Program-made: the position numbers and the translations under genes
Shown: positions 57,256-64,000 of the stretch, in pieces
Position numbering within the stretch: the first letter of the stretch is position 1
Layout of the letters: every line of letters starts with the position of its first letter
Notes under the pieces: model-generated
What the model saw: only the letters and a program-made list of their open reading frames with translations
What the model was told of the DNA's origin: nothing
Databases searched by the model: none
Assembly (NCBI GenBank): GCA_045047305.1
Contig: JASFYO010000029.1
Location: forward strand, 1 to 64,000
Origin: Planctomycetota bacterium
GTDB lineage: Bacteria > Planctomycetota > UBA1135
Reading direction: 5' to 3'
DNA: 64,000 nucleotides

Positions 57256-58352
57256 TTCTCGGATTCACACTTTCTCTCCTTCTTCAGCATCCGCACGCCC
57301 AACCAGGCCCGGAAATCCAACCTCTTCCAGCCAAGCAAGACATTGCGATTCCAATGCGAGAAGACTTGCGCTACGACGGCGAGGTTCATTTCGGTGCCAT
57401 GCGCCGCTTGACCACCTTGGGCGAAAATGCAGAGGGCTACTTCAGCAATGGCGGACGTCATATCACCTACCAAGCCACATTCGGCGGACGTGATTGTGAC
57501 CAAATTTTTGAACTGGATTTACTCAGTGGCGCGCGTCGCTTGATCAGCACTGGAACTGGAAGAACAACTTGCAGTTTTTACATGCCCGGAGACCGGCGTA
57601 TTTTGTTTGCCAGCACGCATGCATCAGCAGACGACTGCTTACCGCCAGCTGACTTTTCACGCGGTTATGTGTGGAAGATTTATCCGCAGTACGAATTGTA
57701 CATTCGCGATCTGGATACCTGGGAACTAAAGCCATTGGCCCCCGCTCCGGGCTACGATGCGGAAGCCGTAGTCAGTCCAGACGGAGAGAAGATCGTTTTC
57801 ACTTCGCGACGCAATGGTGATCTTGATATTTACATCATGAATATTGACGGTTCAGACATAACTCAACTCACTGACCGTTTGGGTTATGACGGCGGCCCCT
57901 TCTTCTCACCGGATTCCAAACGTTTGGTTTACCGTTCCTACTACCCAGAAGATGAAGAAGCCAAAGCCAAGTATCAGGCCTTACTCGACGACAATTCCAT
58001 TGAACCGATGGCTTTGCAGCTTTGGGTCATGGATATCGACGGAAGCAATAAGCGCCAGATTACGGACAACGGAGCCGCAAACTTCGGACCGTACTGGCAT
58101 CCAGACAATAAGCACATCATTTACTGCTCGAACCAAGCATCGGAAAGTGGTCGTGATTTTGACATTTTCCTGACCGACGATGAAGGTAAAACGGATGAAC
58201 GCATCACCTACGGCCCAACCTTTGATGGCTTCCCGATGTTCTCTGAAGATGGCCGTCAGCTGATTTTCGCGAGTAACCGCGCCAACGCGAAACGCGGAGA
58301 CACCAACCTGTTCTTGGTGGAGTGGCTGCCAGACGCCCGTCCGGTGGAATAA
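57252..58352 (+). CDS. TolB-like PD40 beta-propeller protein
   Basis: ENAEGYFS, GYDAEAVVSPDG, GYDGGPFFSPD, PYWHPD and FPMFSEDG repeats. Confidence 0.88.
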   Translation: MILGFTLSLLLQHPHAQPGPEIQPLPAKQDIAIPMREDLRYDGEVHFGAMRRLTTLGENAEGYFSNGGRHITYQATFGGRDCDQIFELDLLSGARRLISTGTGRTTCSFYMPGDRRILFASTHASADDCLPPADFSRGYVWKIYPQYELYIRDLDTWELKPLAPAPGYDAEAVVSPDGEKIVFTSRRNGDLDIYIMNIDGSDITQLTDRLGYDGGPFFSPDSKRLVYRSYYPEDEEAKAKYQALLDDNSIEPMALQLWVMDIDGSNKRQITDNGAANFGPYWHPDNKHIIYCSNQASESGRDFDIFLTDDEGKTDERITYGPTFDGFPMFSEDGRQLIFASNRANAKRGDTNLFLVEWLPDARPVE

Positions 58353-58376
58353 GCAAACCCAACCGCAATTCCTTTC

Positions 58377-58407
58377 AAGGTCAGACTCGTTTCGAGTCTG
58401 ACCTTTT
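58377..58407. terminator. Hairpin terminator between convergent genes
   Basis: 13-bp stem AAGGTCAGACTCG/CGAGTCTGACCTT, loop TTT, followed by Ts. Confidence 0.85.
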
Positions 58408-58473
58408 CAATTCACGGCGTCCGCTTCGAAGGATTTCCAAGAGCAGTCCAAAAATCCCATGAAGACGCCCACC

Positions 58474-59457
58474 CTAGCGCAAGCCACAAGCCTGAAGTGC
58501 ACGATCGCGAACTTCTTGGGCGCGTCTGCGAGCCTTCTTAGCACCAGCCCGAAGAACCTCTTCGACTCTCTCTGGATGCGCGAGATATTCTTCACGCCGG
58601 GCACGCGCAGGAGCAAAGTAATCTTCCATCGCATCTTTCAGACGCATTTTGAGGTGGCCATAACCAGGTGCACCTTCGCCACCAGCTTGTACTTTCTGCT
58701 GCCACCCGGTCATCTCCTCACCCGACAGGAACAATGCAAGCAGATCAAAAACGAATAGCTCCGAAGGATCTTTGGGGTCTTCGGGTGGGCGCGAATCGGT
58801 TACGATTTTGCCACATAACTTTTTGAGTTTTTTACCCTCCTCAAATATCCAAATATCGTTGCCATAACTCTTGGACATCTTTTGCCCATCAAGCCCTGGC
58901 ACTTTCTGCATGGTCTCCGTCTTTTGCAGACGCATTTCTGGGCGCTGAAAAACATCGCCGTACGCGCCATTGAAGTAGCCCGCCATATCCTGCGTCATTT
59001 CAACGTGCTGCACTTGGTCCTTGCCAACCGGAACCAAGGTGGAATCGTAGGCAAGGATATCGGCGGCCATAAGAATGGGGTAAGTGAACAGGCCGACACT
59101 CGGCTTAATGTCGTTATTAACCTTATCTTTGTAGGAATGCGCACGCTCGAGTAAACCCATGCCGGTGACCGTGGCTAATAACCAGGCAATCTCGGTGACT
59201 TCTGGAACATCGCTTTGACGAAACAGCACCGACTTTTCAGGGTCCAAACCACAAGCCAAATAGGTAACCGCCGTTTCCCAAACCAACTCGCGCATTTTTA
59301 CTGGATCGCGCTGCGAAGTTAAGGCGTGGTAATCCGCAATAAAATAAAAGTGTTCACCCGCTTCTTCTTGCAAAGCAATGTGTTGATGGATTGCACCAAA
59401 GTAGTTGCCGATATGCAACAAACCACTTGGCTGAATCCCGCTAAGAATCGTAGTCAT
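58474..59457 (-). CDS. trpS: Tryptophan--tRNA ligase
   Basis: SGIQPSG, HIGNY, YPILMAADIL, VPVGKDQ and KMSKS. Confidence 0.97.
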   Translation of the reverse strand: MTTILSGIQPSGLLHIGNYFGAIHQHIALQEEAGEHFYFIADYHALTSQRDPVKMRELVWETAVTYLACGLDPEKSVLFRQSDVPEVTEIAWLLATVTGMGLLERAHSYKDKVNNDIKPSVGLFTYPILMAADILAYDSTLVPVGKDQVQHVEMTQDMAGYFNGAYGDVFQRPEMRLQKTETMQKVPGLDGQKMSKSYGNDIWIFEEGKKLKKLCGKIVTDSRPPEDPKDPSELFVFDLLALFLSGEEMTGWQQKVQAGGEGAPGYGHLKMRLKDAMEDYFAPARARREEYLAHPERVEEVLRAGAKKARRRAQEVRDRALQACGLR

Positions 59458-59466
59458 GAATCCAGC

Positions 59467-59877
59467 CTACTTCCAAATAAAGGTGATTGGTTTTTCGATT
59501 TCTGGGTGCAAGCTTTGATGCACCGGACACGTTGCTGCTGCTTTTTCCAATAAGGACTTATGTTTCTCCTCCACTCTGCAGTGCATGGTCACAACCACAG
59601 GCAAAGCGCCAATCCGACGCACTGGATCCGCCACCATGTGCTTCTCAACTTTGATGGTGCTGCCCTCCAAAGCGATTCCATGGCGCTCAGAAACGATGCC
59701 GAGAATGGTCAAGATGCAACCGCCTAAAGCCGTCGCAACCAAATCAGTCGGCGAGAAGGACTCCCCCTTACCGCAGTTGTCCAGCGGCGCATCAGTCACA
59801 ACCTGCACTCCACTCGGTCCATGAGTGGCCTGACAGCGCAACTCACCTTGGTAAACAACATCGATTTCAACGGCCAT
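59467..59877 (-). CDS. OsmC-family protein
   Basis: TDAP..FSPTDLVATALGGC...CPVHQSL. Confidence 0.9.
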   Translation of the reverse strand: MAVEIDVVYQGELRCQATHGPSGVQVVTDAPLDNCGKGESFSPTDLVATALGGCILTILGIVSERHGIALEGSTIKVEKHMVADPVRRIGALPVVVTMHCRVEEKHKSLLEKAAATCPVHQSLHPEIEKPITFIWK

Positions 59878-59942
59878 GCCGCTATTTTAGGGCAGAGATG
59901 AGGCTAGGCAAAATACATGGCTCCCCCTGCTAGGATAGGTCC

Positions 59943-61004
59943 ATGTCATACCTAGCATTTCTGCTCCTCACGCTTACTCAAGGCCCATCCACGCACCCCC
60001 CGGGAAACTTGATTATCTTGGAGAAATCGGCCGCAACTGCGCGTTTGGTAGACGCAGCGCATGGCAAATCCATGGCCTCCATCAAAGTGGGTGACGGCCC
60101 GCACGAAGTTGCGATATCACCTGATTTCCACACTGCGGTGGTGGCTAATTATGGAGGCAAAAATCCCGGTAGAAGCCTCACCCTGATTCATCTCAATGAA
60201 ATGGGGAAGCCTAAGACTCGCCATATCGATTTAGGGCAAGCGATGCGACCTCACGGCCTGGCCTTTGGGCCGAGCAATCGTTTTCTCTGGGTTACCGCAG
60301 AGGTCACTGGAGAGCTGTGGCGTATCGACCTTAAAGACGGAAAAGTCATAAAAAAGATCGACGTCGGCAAAGGGTCCGGGCATATGGTCGCTGCAATGGA
60401 TGACAAACATGTTTTCGTCAGTCATATTTCTGCCGGTTGCATTACCCCAGTCACCCAACAAGAAGACGGCAGCTGGAAAGCCGGAGAACGCATTCCGACG
60501 GGTGCGGGCGCGGAAGGGATTTGGGTGCAGCCAGGAACCGATTTGATCTGGGTGACCAATCGGGCAGCAGATAGCGTCAGCATTGTCGACGCTAGTGAAG
60601 GCAAAGAGATCGCAGAGCTACCCTGCGCAGGCTTCCCGATTCGGGTTATGTTCTCTGCCGATGGTTCCGTCGCTGCTGTGAGTTGTGCAGATGCCAATGT
60701 CATTGCCCTGTTCGACACCACCACGAAAGAACAAATCGCCCGAATTCCGATTGGTTTCAGCAGCAAGGATGATTCCGATACCCGCCTATTCAAAGATCAA
60801 TTCGGCGAAAGTGCGGTTCCGATTGGCATGGTGTTCGGGGGCCATGGAAACCACCTTTATGTATCCTGCGCTGGCGCCGATCGCATTGCCGATATTGACA
60901 TCCGCCTCCAGCGCGTAGTACAAGTCTTTAAAACAGGTAAGGAACCGGATGGCATTGGCTGGTATCCTGCCGCACCGCCCCAAACTACAGAGGTCGGGTA
61001 CTAA
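59943..61004 (+). CDS. YncE/YVTN-type beta-propeller protein
   Basis: VGDGPHEVAISPD, RPHGLAF, TGAGAEGI, VTNRAADSVSIVD and TGKEPDGI. Confidence 0.85.
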   Translation: MSYLAFLLLTLTQGPSTHPPGNLIILEKSAATARLVDAAHGKSMASIKVGDGPHEVAISPDFHTAVVANYGGKNPGRSLTLIHLNEMGKPKTRHIDLGQAMRPHGLAFGPSNRFLWVTAEVTGELWRIDLKDGKVIKKIDVGKGSGHMVAAMDDKHVFVSHISAGCITPVTQQEDGSWKAGERIPTGAGAEGIWVQPGTDLIWVTNRAADSVSIVDASEGKEIAELPCAGFPIRVMFSADGSVAAVSCADANVIALFDTTTKEQIARIPIGFSSKDDSDTRLFKDQFGESAVPIGMVFGGHGNHLYVSCAGADRIADIDIRLQRVVQVFKTGKEPDGIGWYPAAPPQTTEVGY

Positions 61005-61012
61005 ACGCATTC

Positions 61013-61381
61013 ATGATTATCACTAATACCGAAACGGTGCCCGGCAAACGTCTGCTCGAGCATTACGGCCTAGTTCAAGGCAGCACCATTCGTGCCAAAA
61101 ATGTTGGCCGCGATTTCATGGCTGGTCTAAAAAACCTTGTCGGTGGAGAACTCAAAGGCTACACCGAACTACTACAAGAATCGCGTGATGAAGCCCTTTC
61201 GCGCATGGTTTCTCAAGCTGAAGAACATGGCGCCAATGCCGTGGTCAATGTGCGTTTCTCCACCTCTTCGGTGGCTGCAGGGGCAGCAGAAATCTTGTGC
61301 TACGGAACTGCAGTTAAACTCGCCGATGAGCGCACAGATATGGGGACGCCACCGCCCATCCCGCACCGCGAGGAGTATTAG
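61013..61381 (+). CDS. YbjQ/UPF0145-family protein
   Basis: GRDFMAGLKNLVGGELKGY..GANAVVNVRF..YGTAV. Confidence 0.93.
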   Translation: MIITNTETVPGKRLLEHYGLVQGSTIRAKNVGRDFMAGLKNLVGGELKGYTELLQESRDEALSRMVSQAEEHGANAVVNVRFSTSSVAAGAAEILCYGTAVKLADERTDMGTPPPIPHREEY

Positions 61382-61384
61382 AAC

Positions 61385-61860
61385 GTGCTGCAAATTTACT
61401 TTGCACTTGGATTTTTAGTGCTCGGACTCACAGTGGGCTCCGCATTGGAGCGATTGCATTACCGCGCCATACGCAAGCGTGAGTTCGGTTTTATTACCTT
61501 ACCCGCCAGCTCTCTAAAGACCGTGCCAGACCCCGATCATGTAGTGCGTACCGAATTGGCACTTGGCTCGGTGGTGATTTCAGTGGACTACTTCAAGCGC
61601 TTTGCGGCCAACCTGAAGAAGCTGTTTGGCGGTGAGATTCACTCTTATTCAAGCCTGCTCGATCGTGCGCGTCGCGAATCCATGCTACGGCTAAAGGAAA
61701 GTTGCGCGGATTGCGACATGCTCATCAACCTACGGGTTGAAACCAGTACGATTTCGAGTGGCGGCAACTCCAACATCGGTTCTGTAGAGGTACTCACTTA
61801 TGCCACCGCAGTCTGGTACAGCCCCCGCTCGCGGCACAGTGTTCCAGTCGATTTGGAAGT

Positions 61861-61864
<4 letters not shown>
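61385..61864 (+). CDS. Membrane-anchored YbjQ-like protein
   Basis: N-terminal TM; GSVVISVDYFKRF..FGGEI..LLDRARRES..EVLTYATAV. Confidence 0.85.

Positions 61865-64000
<2,136 letters not shown>

Overview
A 64-kb stretch of gene-dense bacterial chromosome. The secreted HEAT/TPR/FG-GAP proteins, bacterial XPB and eukaryote-type UDP-GlcNAc pyrophosphorylase suggest a Planctomycetota-like organism (inference). Most genes are housekeeping: purM, purC, dxr-rseP, dusB, tsaE, thiL/thiE/thiC, suhB, dacB, galE, aroA, mnmG, tig-clpP-clpX, rlmN, lat, rnpA-yidD, trpS, plus tRNA-Leu(CAA). I see no CRISPR array, transposase or prophage. The most striking feature is a 205-bp intergenic region (3587-3791) in which a XerCD dif-type site lies 54 bp from a tandem array of DnaA boxes. 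By hand sampling there is no obvious strand-skew reversal there, and the adjacent gene encodes a domain resembling a recombinase core-binding domain. Other notable features are a degenerate tandem UvrA gene abutting XPB and its partner gene, many -10 boxes placed for leaderless transcription (including a perfect palindrome serving aroA and purC), several predicted pseudo-enzymes, and a decayed FG-GAP locus. All calls come from motif reading only; no searches were run.
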